From Chloroflexota bacterium (GTDB lineage Bacteria; Chloroflexota; Limnocylindria; Limnocylindrales; CSP1-4): DNA of 64,000 nucleotides. The notes beneath the pieces were generated by a model, which saw nothing but the letters and a program-made list of their open reading frames with translations, ran no database searches and was not told the DNA's origin. A program made the translations under genes and the position numbers. Shown piece by piece: positions 1 to 9,381 of this stretch (positions are counted from its first letter, which is position 1; each line of letters opens with the position of its first letter). The stretch is from assembly GCA_026004015.1 (NCBI GenBank), contig BPIH01000005.1:31598-95597 (forward strand), written 5' to 3'.

Positions 1-2
1 GG

Positions 3-1205
3 GCGGGGCTCGTCGATCTCTTCGAGCGGCTCGGCTTCTTCGCCGTCTTCCGATCGACCATCTTCTCCATCGGCCTGGCCGTCCTCCTCGTCTCCATCAT
101 CGCCTGCACCATCGACCGACTGCCGCGCCTCTGGCGGCAGGCCACGGACGTCCGGGTCGTCCAGCCCGAGCCCTACTTCGACCCGCGCCTTCCCGACCGG
201 GCGACCATCGACGGCCTCACGGCCGATGCCGTCCGGGACGCCCTCCGCCGGCACGGCTACCGAGTCCGCGAAGCTGAGGTCGACGGGGTCCGCTATCTCT
301 ACGGGGATCGGAACCAGTACGCCAAGCTGGCGACCATCTTCACCCACAGCGGCCTCGTCCTCTTCCTCGTGGCGGCCGCCGTCACGAGCCGCTTCGGCGA
401 CGAGGTCGGCCTCGTCGTGGCCGAGGGGACCTCGACGACGGTCCAGCCCATCGGCACCCCGGGCCTCCTCCTCGTCAAGAACTACGGTTTCGAGGCGCCC
501 GGCTTCGAGACGGGCCAGCCCCTCGACTTCGTCACCGACCTCGGGGTCTTCCAGAACGGCCGCGAGATCGCCCGTAAGGAGATCCGGGTCAACGACCCCC
601 TCTCGGTCGCCGGCTACACCTTCCACCAGAACGGCTTCGGCCCCGCCCCCGAGCTCGTCCTCCGCGATGCCGCCGGTCGCCCCCTCTGGGACGGGCCGGT
701 GCCCCTCACCGACCAGGCGGCGGGCTTCCCGTACGGCCAGCTCTCGGTGCCCGGCCGGGACGTTGGGCTCGAGCTCCTCCTCCAGCGGGCGGCCGACGGC
801 CGGGGGATCGTCCTTGTCCTCCCGTACCGGATCGTTGGCCGGAACCCGGACGGTTCGCCCCTCGTCGAGGAGTTCGCCCCGATGGCGATCGCCGTCGGGG
901 AGAGCCAGACGGTCCCCGGCCTCGACTTCAGCGTCGGGCTCCGCCGCTTCGCCGACTACACCCTCATCATCGCCAAGCACGACCCCGGACAAGGGCTCGT
1001 CTGGCTCGCCTTCGGCCTCCTCCTGGCCGGCATCGTCGGCACCTTCCACTTCCCGCGTCGGCGGGTCTGGACGCGGCTCCGACCCGATGGCTCCCTCGCC
1101 CTCGTTGCCCGGGCCGACCGGTACGTCGACCCGCGCCGCGCCTTCGGTCCGCTCCTGGCCGACCTCGTGCGGCGGCGGGTTCCGGCCGAGCCGGCGTCGG
1201 GCTGA
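3..1205 (+). CDS. resB: cytochrome c biogenesis protein, ResB/Ccs1 family (5' end outside window)
   Basis: The frame of ORF 369..1205 stays open back to the window edge (GLVDLFERLGFFAVF...GDRNQYAKLATIFTHSGLVLFLV). Large extracytoplasmic middle part and a C-terminal TM (LVWLAFGLLLAGIVGTF), typical ResB layout. Confidence 0.75.
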   Translation, partial: AGLVDLFERLGFFAVFRSTIFSIGLAVLLVSIIACTIDRLPRLWRQATDVRVVQPEPYFDPRLPDRATIDGLTADAVRDALRRHGYRVREAEVDGVRYLYGDRNQYAKLATIFTHSGLVLFLVAAAVTSRFGDEVGLVVAEGTSTTVQPIGTPGLLLVKNYGFEAPGFETGQPLDFVTDLGVFQNGREIARKEIRVNDPLSVAGYTFHQNGFGPAPELVLRDAAGRPLWDGPVPLTDQAAGFPYGQLSVPGRDVGLELLLQRAADGRGIVLVLPYRIVGRNPDGSPLVEEFAPMAIAVGESQTVPGLDFSVGLRRFADYTLIIAKHDPGQGLVWLAFGLLLAGIVGTFHFPRRRVWTRLRPDGSLALVARADRYVDPRRAFGPLLADLVRRRVPAEPASG

Positions 1206-1226
1206 GCCCTCGAGGGAGGCACGGCG

Positions 1227-2891
1227 ATGGCGACCCTCGAGGACGTCCGCTCGGCCCTCTTTCCGGCTGCCCGACCCGTCGGCGATCCGGCCCCCGAGCG
1301 CCTCGCCGCCCAGGTGAGCTGGGTCCGCCTCCTCCGGGCCCGGGTGCCGGCCTTCGACGCCCTCGAAGCCGGGGATCTCGCCATCGTCCCGGCCTCGGCC
1401 CTTCGGGTCGTCGCCCCGGGGCCGGCCGAGACGGCGGCCCTCGTGGGCGCCCTCGTCCGGGCCCGCGTCGCCGGCTGCTGCATCGTCGGCGACGAATCGG
1501 CGCCGGAAGAACCCGATCGCTCCCTCACCCCGAGCGAGGCCCTCGCCCTCGCCGCCGCGAACGCCGGCCTGCCGACCTTCCGCCTCCCCGAGGCGGACCC
1601 CGTCGCCCTCGAGCGAAGCGTCATCGGGCTCCTCGTCAACCGGCGGGCCGAGCTCGAACACCAGGCCGCTCGCCTCGAGGCCCAGCTCGAACGGCTCGCC
1701 CTCGCCGGCGCCGACCTGGCGGCCCTCGTCGGGGCCATCGCCGGTGTCCTCGGCCGGGCCGTCGTCCTCGAGGGCCGAACGGGGACCGCCCTCGCCGCCC
1801 ACGCGCCGCCCGATCGACCCGAGGCCGTGGCCGCCGTCCACGCCTACCACGCCCGGGGGGAGGGGATCGTCCTGCGGGTCGTCCTGCCCGGCATCGAACC
1901 GCGCGGGGCGACGGCTGGCGCCCGCCCGGGAGCGTCGGGGTCGGGGCAGCCCGCGGAGCGCGCCGGCCGCCCCGAGGTGGCCGCTTCGTCGGCCGCCCCA
2001 GGTCGGGGTCGCCGCCCCGAGGCGAGCTCGGGGACCCTCGTCATCCTTGGTGACCGGCCGGCGACCGAGTTCGAGCGGGTCGCCGCCGAGCGGATCGCCG
2101 GGCTCCTCGCCCTCGAGATCGTGCGGGGCGATGCGGCCCGCCGGATCGCCGAACGCGAGCGGGGCGCCGAACGGCTGCCGGCCGACGGACCGCCCTGGGT
2201 CGTCCTCGTCGCCCGGCAGGGAGGGCCGCCCGACACCACCGCCGCTCTCGAAGCCCGCGAAGCCGTCCGGCGGGAGCTCCGCCTCCTGGCGCCCCTCGGC
2301 CGCCTCGTCCTCCGCGGCGATGCCGAGAGCCTCGAACTGCGGGCCGTCCTGGCCGCCGATGCGGCCGATCCGGGCGGTCTCGGCCTCGCCCGCCAGATCG
2401 CGGACTTCCTCGGCCGACGGGTGGCCGTCTCGCGACCCTTCGAGCGGCCCTCGGAGCGGCCCGTCGCCGAGGCCGAGGCGCGCTCGACCCTCGAGGCTGC
2501 CGAGAGCCTCGAGGCGGCCGGAGCCCCACCCGGCCCCATCGTCCGGGCCGATCGGCTCGCCGCCTACCGTCTCTTGAGCGTTCTGCACAACCTGCCCGAG
2601 GGCCGGCGGCACGCCCGCGCCCTCCTCGCTCCGCTCCTCGGCGGCCGGCCGGCGGCGGTCCGGGAACGGCTCGCCACCCTCCGGGTCGTCCTCGAGACGG
2701 GCGGCCCCGCCGAGGCGGCGGCCGTCCTCGGCGTCCACCGGAACACCGTCGCCTACCGTCTCCGGCGGATCGAGGCCCTGACCGGCTGGAACCTCGCCGA
2801 CCCTGAGCTGCGGCTCCCCCTCATCCTGGCCGTCTATCTTGTGCAATCGGAACTAACCGCCGACACCGAACCGCAACCTCCGGGCGGCTGA
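1227..2891 (+). CDS. PucR-family transcriptional regulator
   Basis: Intact 554-aa ORF. The C-terminal PucR-type HTH is readable (GVHRNTVAYRLRRIEALTGWNLADPELRLPLILAV). Lies directly upstream of glnA. Confidence 0.75.
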   Translation: MATLEDVRSALFPAARPVGDPAPERLAAQVSWVRLLRARVPAFDALEAGDLAIVPASALRVVAPGPAETAALVGALVRARVAGCCIVGDESAPEEPDRSLTPSEALALAAANAGLPTFRLPEADPVALERSVIGLLVNRRAELEHQAARLEAQLERLALAGADLAALVGAIAGVLGRAVVLEGRTGTALAAHAPPDRPEAVAAVHAYHARGEGIVLRVVLPGIEPRGATAGARPGASGSGQPAERAGRPEVAASSAAPGRGRRPEASSGTLVILGDRPATEFERVAAERIAGLLALEIVRGDAARRIAERERGAERLPADGPPWVVLVARQGGPPDTTAALEAREAVRRELRLLAPLGRLVLRGDAESLELRAVLAADAADPGGLGLARQIADFLGRRVAVSRPFERPSERPVAEAEARSTLEAAESLEAAGAPPGPIVRADRLAAYRLLSVLHNLPEGRRHARALLAPLLGGRPAAVRERLATLRVVLETGGPAEAAAVLGVHRNTVAYRLRRIEALTGWNLADPELRLPLILAVYLVQSELTADTEPQPPGG

Positions 2892-2941
2892 GCCGCTGCT
2901 AGCATCCTTCCCGTCACGGCCACTGGGCGAACCCTTCGTGC

Positions 2942-2967
2942 CCAGCGCCACAGTGCAGCGCCACAGT
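2942..2967 (+). promoter_or_regulatory. tandem direct repeat (AGCGCCACAGT x2, 13-nt period) in the glnA leader
   Basis: AGCGCCACAGT occurs at 2944..2954 and 2957..2967, about 20-45 nt upstream of the glnA TTG start and just before the SD GGTAAGGAGG. Confidence 0.35.
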
Positions 2968-2986
2968 TCACGGTAAGGAGGCCGCG

Positions 2987-4345
2987 TTGGCGGAAGCGAT
3001 CGCGCCGGAGGCGCGCGAAAAGATCGAACGGGCGAAGGCGAACGGCATTCGCTTCGTCCAGCTCCAGTTCACCGACATCCTCGGGGCGGTGAAGGCGGTC
3101 ACCATCCCGATCCACCAGCTCGAGGGATCGGTCGCTCACGGGACCTGGTTCGACGGGAGCTCCATCGAGGGCTTCACCCGGATCGCCGAGTCGGACCAGT
3201 ACCTGGTGCCCGACATGAGCACCTTCGCCGAGATCCCCTGGCAGCCGGGCTCCGGTCCCCGGGGCACGGCCCGCGTCATCTGCGACGTCTACACCCCGCG
3301 GGGCGAGCCCTTCGTCGGCGACCCGCGCTACGTCCTCCGCCGCCAGGTCGAACGGGCCCGGAAGCTCGGCTACATCGTAAACATGGGCCCCGAGCTCGAG
3401 TTCTTCCTCTTCCGACGGGAGAACGGCGAGATCAAGCCGCTGCCCCACGACGAGGCCGGCTACTTCGACTTCTCGACCGATCTCGCCCAGGAGATCCGCC
3501 AGGACATGGTCGACGCCCTCGAGGCCTTCGGGATCCGGGTCGAGGCCGCCCACCACGAGGTCGCCGTCGGCCAGCACGAGATCGACTTCGAGTATGCCGA
3601 CGCCCTCCGGACGGCCGACAACGCGATCACCTTCAAGTTCACCCTGAAGGCGATCGCCAACCAGCACGGCCTCTACGCGACCTTCATGCCGAAGCCGATC
3701 TTCGGGATCAACGGCTCGGGCATGCACACCCACCAGTCGCTCTACTCCATCGCCGAGGGCCGGAACGCCTTCGCCGATCCGTCGAACGAGTACGGGCTCT
3801 CCGACATCGCCCGGAAGTACATGGCCGGCATCCTCGCCCACGCCCGGGGGATGAGTGCGGTCCTCGCTCCCCTCGTGAACTCCTACAAGCGGCTCGTTCC
3901 CGGCTACGAGGCGCCGACGTACCTGACGTGGGGCCGCACGAACCGCTCGGCCCTCATCCGGGTCCCGAAGGTCTCGCCCGGCAAGTCGATCGAGGGGACG
4001 CGGATCGAGGTCCGCTGCCCCGATCCCTCCTCGAACACGTACCTCGCCTTCGCCGTCATGATCGCCGCCGGCCTCGACGGAATCGAGCGCGGCCTCGAGC
4101 TCGGCGAGCCGGTCGAGGAATCGGTCTTCGAGATGGACGAGGCCCGCCTCAAGGAGAAGGGGATCCGGGAGCTGCCGGGGACCCTCGCCGAGGCGATCGA
4201 CGAGCTCGAGAAGGACCCGGTCGTCTGCGAGGCCCTCGGCGACCACGTCCTGTCCCACTTCGTCGAGGCGAAGCGGGCCGAGTGGGACGAGTACCGGACG
4301 CAGGTCACCCAGTGGGAGATCGACCGCTATCTGGAGGCGTACTGA
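2987..4345 (+). CDS. glnA: glutamine synthetase, type I
   Basis: Intact 452-aa ORF with unmistakable GS sequence (IRFVQLQFTDILG..., GSGMHTHQSL, NSYKRLVPGYEAP). TTG start 5 nt after the SD GGTAAGGAGG. Confidence 0.95.
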   Translation: MAEAIAPEAREKIERAKANGIRFVQLQFTDILGAVKAVTIPIHQLEGSVAHGTWFDGSSIEGFTRIAESDQYLVPDMSTFAEIPWQPGSGPRGTARVICDVYTPRGEPFVGDPRYVLRRQVERARKLGYIVNMGPELEFFLFRRENGEIKPLPHDEAGYFDFSTDLAQEIRQDMVDALEAFGIRVEAAHHEVAVGQHEIDFEYADALRTADNAITFKFTLKAIANQHGLYATFMPKPIFGINGSGMHTHQSLYSIAEGRNAFADPSNEYGLSDIARKYMAGILAHARGMSAVLAPLVNSYKRLVPGYEAPTYLTWGRTNRSALIRVPKVSPGKSIEGTRIEVRCPDPSSNTYLAFAVMIAAGLDGIERGLELGEPVEESVFEMDEARLKEKGIRELPGTLAEAIDELEKDPVVCEALGDHVLSHFVEAKRAEWDEYRTQVTQWEIDRYLEAY

Positions 4346-4587
4346 TCGCTCGAATGCTCCGCCGCGCTCGGAGGGCGCCGATCTCCGAGCCCTAACCTTG
4401 CTGGTGCGCAGCCGGAGCGGGCGGGCCCCTGTGATGGGGGTCCGCCCGGTTCGGTTTCGCGACGGAGTGAGGCACTCCGCGTCGTCGGCCGGCCTCCAAG
4501 TGTCCTCCATGGCACAAGGACGGACGTGGGCGGGGTGATCTGGGGCCGTGCGTCTAGCGGCCCGGCGGCCCGAGCGCCGTGCGCTCA

Positions 4588-4710
4588 GAACACCAAACCC
4601 GGGCTGGGGGGCGAAGGGAAGCGGCCGATTCGGCGCCTCTGTTGCGCGACGAACACCACATGGCGGGTGCGCGGGCCCTCGATCCGGTGCATGCGGCCCT
4701 TTTGGTGTTC
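4588..4710. repeat. 123-nt element with 10-nt perfect terminal inverted repeats (GAACACCAAA...TTTGGTGTTC), copy 1
   Basis: Read directly. TIRs at 4588..4597 and 4701..4710. Its reverse complement aligns over the full length (about 68% by hand count, about 76% in the 3' 70 nt) with the copy at 6045..6167. Confidence 0.7.
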
Positions 4711-4792
4711 CTTGAACACGCCGGCCGACCACTGGCGGCGGGGCCAGAGCCGCCCGCGGCTTCGGTTCGGTCAGTGTGTGAGTCGGTCCCGG

Positions 4793-5941
4793 TCAGCCGA
4801 CGGCGGTGCCCAGGAGAGAACCGATGCCGAAGGTGATGGCCGCCGCCGCGAGACCGAAGGCGAGGGAGCGGAGGCCGGACCGCCACGGGTTCCGGCCGGT
4901 CAGGAGGGTGATGGCGGCGCCGAGGCCGAAGAGGGCGAGACCCGAGAGGATCGCCGAGGCAACGATGGCCGGGGTCCCCGAGGCGACGAGGAAGGGAATG
5001 ACGGGCACCATCGCTCCGGTGGCAAAGAGGGCGAACGAGGCAAACGCCGCCGTCCAAGCTGAGCCCCCGAGTTCGGCTGGGTCGATTCCAAGCTCCTCGC
5101 GGGCCATCGTGTCGAGGGCGACCGTCGGATCGCCGCTGACGATCCGGTGGGCGAGCCGCCGCGCCTCCTCGGTCGGCAGGCCCTTCGCTTCGTAGATGAG
5201 CCGGAGCTCCTCCTCCTCTTCGCTCGGGAAGACCCGGAGCTCCTCGGCCTCGGTGGCGATCTGGCTCTCGTAGAGCTCGCGTGCGCTCTGGACGCTCAGC
5301 CACTCGCCGAGGGCCATCGACAGCGACCCGGCGAGGAGGCCGGCGATCCCGGCGATGAGGACCGGCGGCCCGCCACCGCTCGCTCCGGCGACCCCCATGA
5401 CGAGACTGAAGTTCGAGACGAGGCCGTCGTTCGCCCCGAGGACACCGGCCCGAAGGGCGTTCCCGCCGATGGCCCGGTGGCGCCCCTCGAAGCGCGCGAG
5501 CATCGCCCCGGAGGCCCCGCCGGTGATCGTGTGGAGGAGGCGGGCGTGGGACCGCTCGTCGGCGGGGAGGGAGGTGCCGGCGGCCTCGGGCTGATGGTCG
5601 TACATCGTCCGGCCCTCCCGCTCTTCGAGGGCCATGATCGGGGCCACGGTTCCCGCACCGAAGCGGCGGGCGAGGAAGGCGAGGACCCGGGCCCGGAGGG
5701 TCGGTCGGAGCTCCGTCGCCGCCCCGGCCTCGCGGAGCCGGTCCCGCCAGAGGGCGGCGTGGCGTTCCTCGGTCTGGGCGAGGCGAAGGTAGAGGGTGGC
5801 GAAGCGCCCGTCGCCCGCGTTCGCCGCCATGGCCCGGTAGACGAGGGCTCCATCGACTTCGCCCTGGAGGTTCGCCCGCCAGCGGGCGAGGTCGCCGGCG
5901 GTCGGCGTCGCCGCTCGGGGAGGTTCGGCGGTCGTGGTCAT
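4793..5941 (-). CDS. VIT1/CCC1-family iron/manganese transporter with N-terminal ferritin-like (rubrerythrin-type) domain
   Basis: Intact 382-aa ORF. N-terminal ferritin-like helices (LQGEVDGALVYRAMA...TEERHAALW). C-terminal VIT1 membrane domain (LRAGVLGANDGLVSNFSLVMGVAG...GEWLSVQS...). Confidence 0.85.
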   Translation of the reverse strand: MTTTAEPPRAATPTAGDLARWRANLQGEVDGALVYRAMAANAGDGRFATLYLRLAQTEERHAALWRDRLREAGAATELRPTLRARVLAFLARRFGAGTVAPIMALEEREGRTMYDHQPEAAGTSLPADERSHARLLHTITGGASGAMLARFEGRHRAIGGNALRAGVLGANDGLVSNFSLVMGVAGASGGGPPVLIAGIAGLLAGSLSMALGEWLSVQSARELYESQIATEAEELRVFPSEEEEELRLIYEAKGLPTEEARRLAHRIVSGDPTVALDTMAREELGIDPAELGGSAWTAAFASFALFATGAMVPVIPFLVASGTPAIVASAILSGLALFGLGAAITLLTGRNPWRSGLRSLAFGLAAAAITFGIGSLLGTAVG

Positions 5942-6044
5942 GCTCCAAGGGTAGCGCGGCTTGGGCCGGGCGCTGGCTCGGCGGAAGGCCCGCTTGTCGG
6001 CGCTGCCGGTCGGGGGCTACGGCCCGCCCGGGCCGGTGCTCTCT

Positions 6045-6167
6045 GAACACCAAAACGCCCCCGCGCCCACCGCCCGGTCCCCCCATATCGGCCGATTGGT
6101 GCTCGACGAGCAACAACGGCGCCGAACCGGTCGCTGCCATTACCCCTGCACCCCCGCTTTGGTGTTC
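6045..6167. repeat. 123-nt element with 10-nt perfect terminal inverted repeats, copy 2 (inverted relative to copy 1)
   Basis: GAACACCAAA at 6045..6054 and TTTGGTGTTC at 6158..6167. Same 123-nt length as copy 1. The internal block GGCGCCGAA(C/T)CGG(T/C)CG lies at the same offset (73) when copy 1 is reverse-complemented. Confidence 0.7.
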
Positions 6168-6311
6168 TCTGCCCACGACCCGGCTGCGACCCGGCGCCGG
6201 GACGCCGGGAGGCTTACGGCTCTGGCTCGCCTTGACAGGCGCGCGACGGGCGGCCGATCCTTCCGGCGGTCGACGGTCCCGCCCGCCGAGCCGTCGGCCT
6301 GCCGGCGGCGG

Positions 6312-8583
6312 GTGTTCGACGAAGCGAAGGGGGACTCGACGATCAGCGGCCAGGCCTCGGGAGACGAAGGCTCGTCCATCGAACAGCGGCTGTCGGCGGC
6401 GGGGATCGGCGTCGCCCTCCTCGGCTTCGGCCTCCTCCTCGTTCTCCTGCCGCCCTTCTTCCAGTCCTTCGACGAGGCGAAGTACGTCGGCATCGGCCGA
6501 AACGTCCTCGCCGGAAGGGGGGTCGTCACCATCGACGGGACCCGCTTCCTCGAGCATTCGCCCCTCTGGTCGGTCGCCATCGTCGCGCCCTCTGCCCTCT
6601 TCGGCGGCTCGCCCCTCGATTGGGGGCGCGCCTTCAACGCCCTCGCCGGCCTTGGCCTCGTCGCCCTCGTCGGCGCCTTCGGCTGGCGGATCCGACCCGC
6701 CGTCGGGGCCCTGGCGGCGGCCGTCTTCGTCGGCTTCGTCTACGTCCACGACCTGACCCGGACGGCTCGCCTCGACGTCCCGGCGGCCTTCCTGACCCTG
6801 GCCGCCGTCGGGATCGGTCTGCGGGCCTTCGAGCGGCGTTCAGCCCGCTGGTCGCTGGCGGCGGGGGTTGCCTTCGGCATCGCCGGGCTCGTCAAGGAGA
6901 TCGTCCTGCCCTTCGCCCCGGTCCCGATCCTGGCGCCGCTCCTGCGCGGCCTGCCGGGACGGACCATCGCCCGGCTGAGCGGCTGGATGGTCCTGGCGGC
7001 GCTGGCGACGACGGCCTGGTGGTTCGTCGTCGTGGCCGGGTATACCGGCCGGGTCTACCGGCTCGGGCTGCCGGCCTGGACCCTCGGCCCGCTCTTTCTG
7101 GCCGTCACAGCGGGAGCGGTGGTCGCCATCGCCAGCGACCGGTTCGCCGGAGGGCAGGCGCGACCGGCGGATGCGGTCGGGGGTTCGGCCACGCTCCAGG
7201 TACGCCGGTTCGGCCTGACCCTCGGGGCGGCCGTCGCCTGGTTCGGCCTCCAGCTCCTCTTCTACGCCCAGAGTCGCGACGCTCGGCTGCCGAACCTGGC
7301 CAACCTCGCCCAGCTCCGAGCGTACGCCGCCACCTGGGCGCCGGCCCTCGGCCTCGTCGGCGCCTTCGTGGCTGGAGGTCTGGCCCTCCTCGGGGCCCGC
7401 CTTCTCGTCGGGCGTCGGTCGTCGCGACTCGAGCCCGGGACGCGCCCGCCCTCGACCGCGAACGGGGACTGGCTGGCGGTCGCCGAGCTCGTCGTCGCCC
7501 TCGTCTGCTCGGCGCCCCTCGTCCTCCTCGTCGCCACCCTCGGCGAACCGCCGCGCAACTACCTCGCCCAGATCGGTCTCGGGGTCGCCCTCGCCGCCGC
7601 CGGGTGGATCTGGCTGGCCGAGGTCGTCGCCCGTCACGGCCGGGCCGCCTGGCTCGGGGCGGGGGCGGTAGCCGGCCTGGCGGCTTCCATCGTCCCCGTG
7701 GCGGTTCGGTTGTCGCCGGCCGTCGCCGTTCCGGCGGGCCTCGTCGGGGGGCTCGTTGCCGGCGGGGTGGCCCGGCTCGCCTTCGAGCGCCTCGGCGTCC
7801 TTCGACGGACCTGGCCGGCGGTGACGGCGGTCGCGGCGGCGGTCCTCTTCGTCGGCGCCCTCGGCGTCTATGCCACGGGACACCGTGAGAGCGCCGGGGG
7901 GCGGGCCCGGGCCGAGGTGGTCGACGCCGTGGTCGCCTGGGTCCGATCGCACCTGCCGCCGGGCTCGACCGTCGCCCTCGGCTCGCTGCTCGGTTACGAG
8001 ATCGGCAACGAGCTCGTCGGGGACTACGGGGTGGTCCGGATCACCCAGACGAGCGCCCGGGTCGACCCGGGGGCGCCCCTCGGCATCGCCACGCCCGGCG
8101 GGCCGGGCCTCGACGACTGGATCGCCGTCGACCCGGCACCCCCGGAACACGGCCGAGCTGGCCGCCTTCCGAGCGACGACGATCCTCGATCGCCTCCGGC
8201 GGACGGGTGCCGTCGCCTGGGTCTACGTCGTGGGGACCGACACGGCCGCCCCGACGCTCCTGGCAGCGCTCACCCCCGAGCACGGTTTCCGTGAGGCGGC
8301 GCACGTCGTCGTCCCCACGGCCGGGTCGTCGCCGCCCATCGAGGGCTACGTCTTCACCATCGATTCCGACACGCTCGACCTCCCGACCGACCGGCTCTAT
8401 GTCGCCCCCGAGGCCCTCGAGCGGCTCGTGGCGGGGCTACGGGCCGCACATCCGCCGCCCCGGGAGGTGGCGGCCCGGCTCCTGGAGCGGATCGTCGTCG
8501 TCCCGGCGGAGGCCAGGCCGCGGGTCGAAGGGCTCATTGCCGAGCTCCGGGTGATCGCCGGCGGGTCTGCTGGCGGGCGGTAG
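6312..8583 (+). pseudogene. GT39/ArnT-like membrane glycosyltransferase, one frameshift near 8139-8143
   Basis: Multi-TM PMT/ArnT-like N-terminal part (FDEAKYVGIGRNVLAGRG...LVKEIVLPF). Reading continues sensibly only by moving from the frame of ORF 5961..8294 (...DDWIAVDPA) to the frame of ORF 7870..8583 (PRNTAELAAFRATTILDRL...) at a C5 run. The GTG start at 6312 is a guess. Confidence 0.65.
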
Positions 8584-8774
8584 CCGGTCGCGTCCTCCGG
8601 GAGCTCGAGGCGAGCCCTGCGGACGTGGGGTAAGGCGCCTTACGGACGGCCGGCTCGGGGCGCCCGAGACTGGTCCCAGAGCTACCCGCCGCGGTCGGCT
8701 GTCCTGCCGAGGACCTCCTCTGCGCCGCGGCCGGGTGCCCCAGAGCGACAGCGCGAGACCGCAGGAGCCAGCCG

Positions 8775-9381
8775 ATGCGTTCGGACATCCGACCCGGTGC
8801 CATCTTTCCCGACTACGAGCTGCCGGACCAGACCGGTACCCGGCGCAAGCTCTCCGAGATTCAGGGCGGCGATCCGATGATCCTGGTCCTCGCTCGTGGG
8901 CACTACTGCCCGAAGGATCGGCGCCAGCTCCGCAACCTCGTCGAGCTCTACCCGGAGATCCGGGTCGCCTACACGAAGATCGTCACCATCTCCACCGATC
9001 ACCCTCCTCGAGACGAACGAGCTGCGCGACGCCCTCGGGCGCTGGCCTGGCCGTTCCTGTCCGACCCCGGGCCGCGATCGTCCAGCGGGACCTCGACATC
9101 GCCGAGTACACCGACCCGCACCCACAACCCGATGATCCCGTACACCTTCGTCCTCGCCCCCGGCCTCCGGATCCACTCGATGTACAACGGCTACTGGTAC
9201 TGGGGCCGCCCCTCGAACGAGGAGCTCCGACGCGACCTCCGCGAGGTCACCCGGGCGATCCGGCCCGACTGGGACCTCGGCGCCCCCGGTCTCCGCGAGA
9301 GGCCTGGGAGCGGGGACGCTCGCGAGGAGGTTCTGGCCCTACGGGCGCTCGCTCCGCGAGGCCCTCGCCGATCGAGATTGA
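8775..9381 (+). pseudogene. AhpC/TSA-type redoxin (thioredoxin-fold), about 6 frame changes
   Basis: Family-like sequence is spread over three frames. Frame 0: MRSDIRPGAIFPDYELPDQTG...HYCPKDRRQL...KIVTISTD. Frame 1: TLLETNELRDALG. Frame 0: WPFLSDPG. Frame 2: IVQRDLDIAEYTDPH. Frame 0: NPMIPYTFVLAPG...GRPSNEELRRDLREVTRAIRPDWD. Frame 2: REAWERG. Frame 1: RRFWPYGRSLREALADRD*, with TGA at 9379..9381. Confidence 0.7.

Noticed and set aside
5942-6311. yybP-ykoY (Mn2+) riboswitch in the 5' region of the VIT1/CCC1 gene.
   Set aside because: I read the reverse complement of the leader and did not find the conserved GGGGAGUAG / GAGAC-type core. The region is instead occupied by the 123-nt TIR element. 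A covariance-model scan would be the decisive test.
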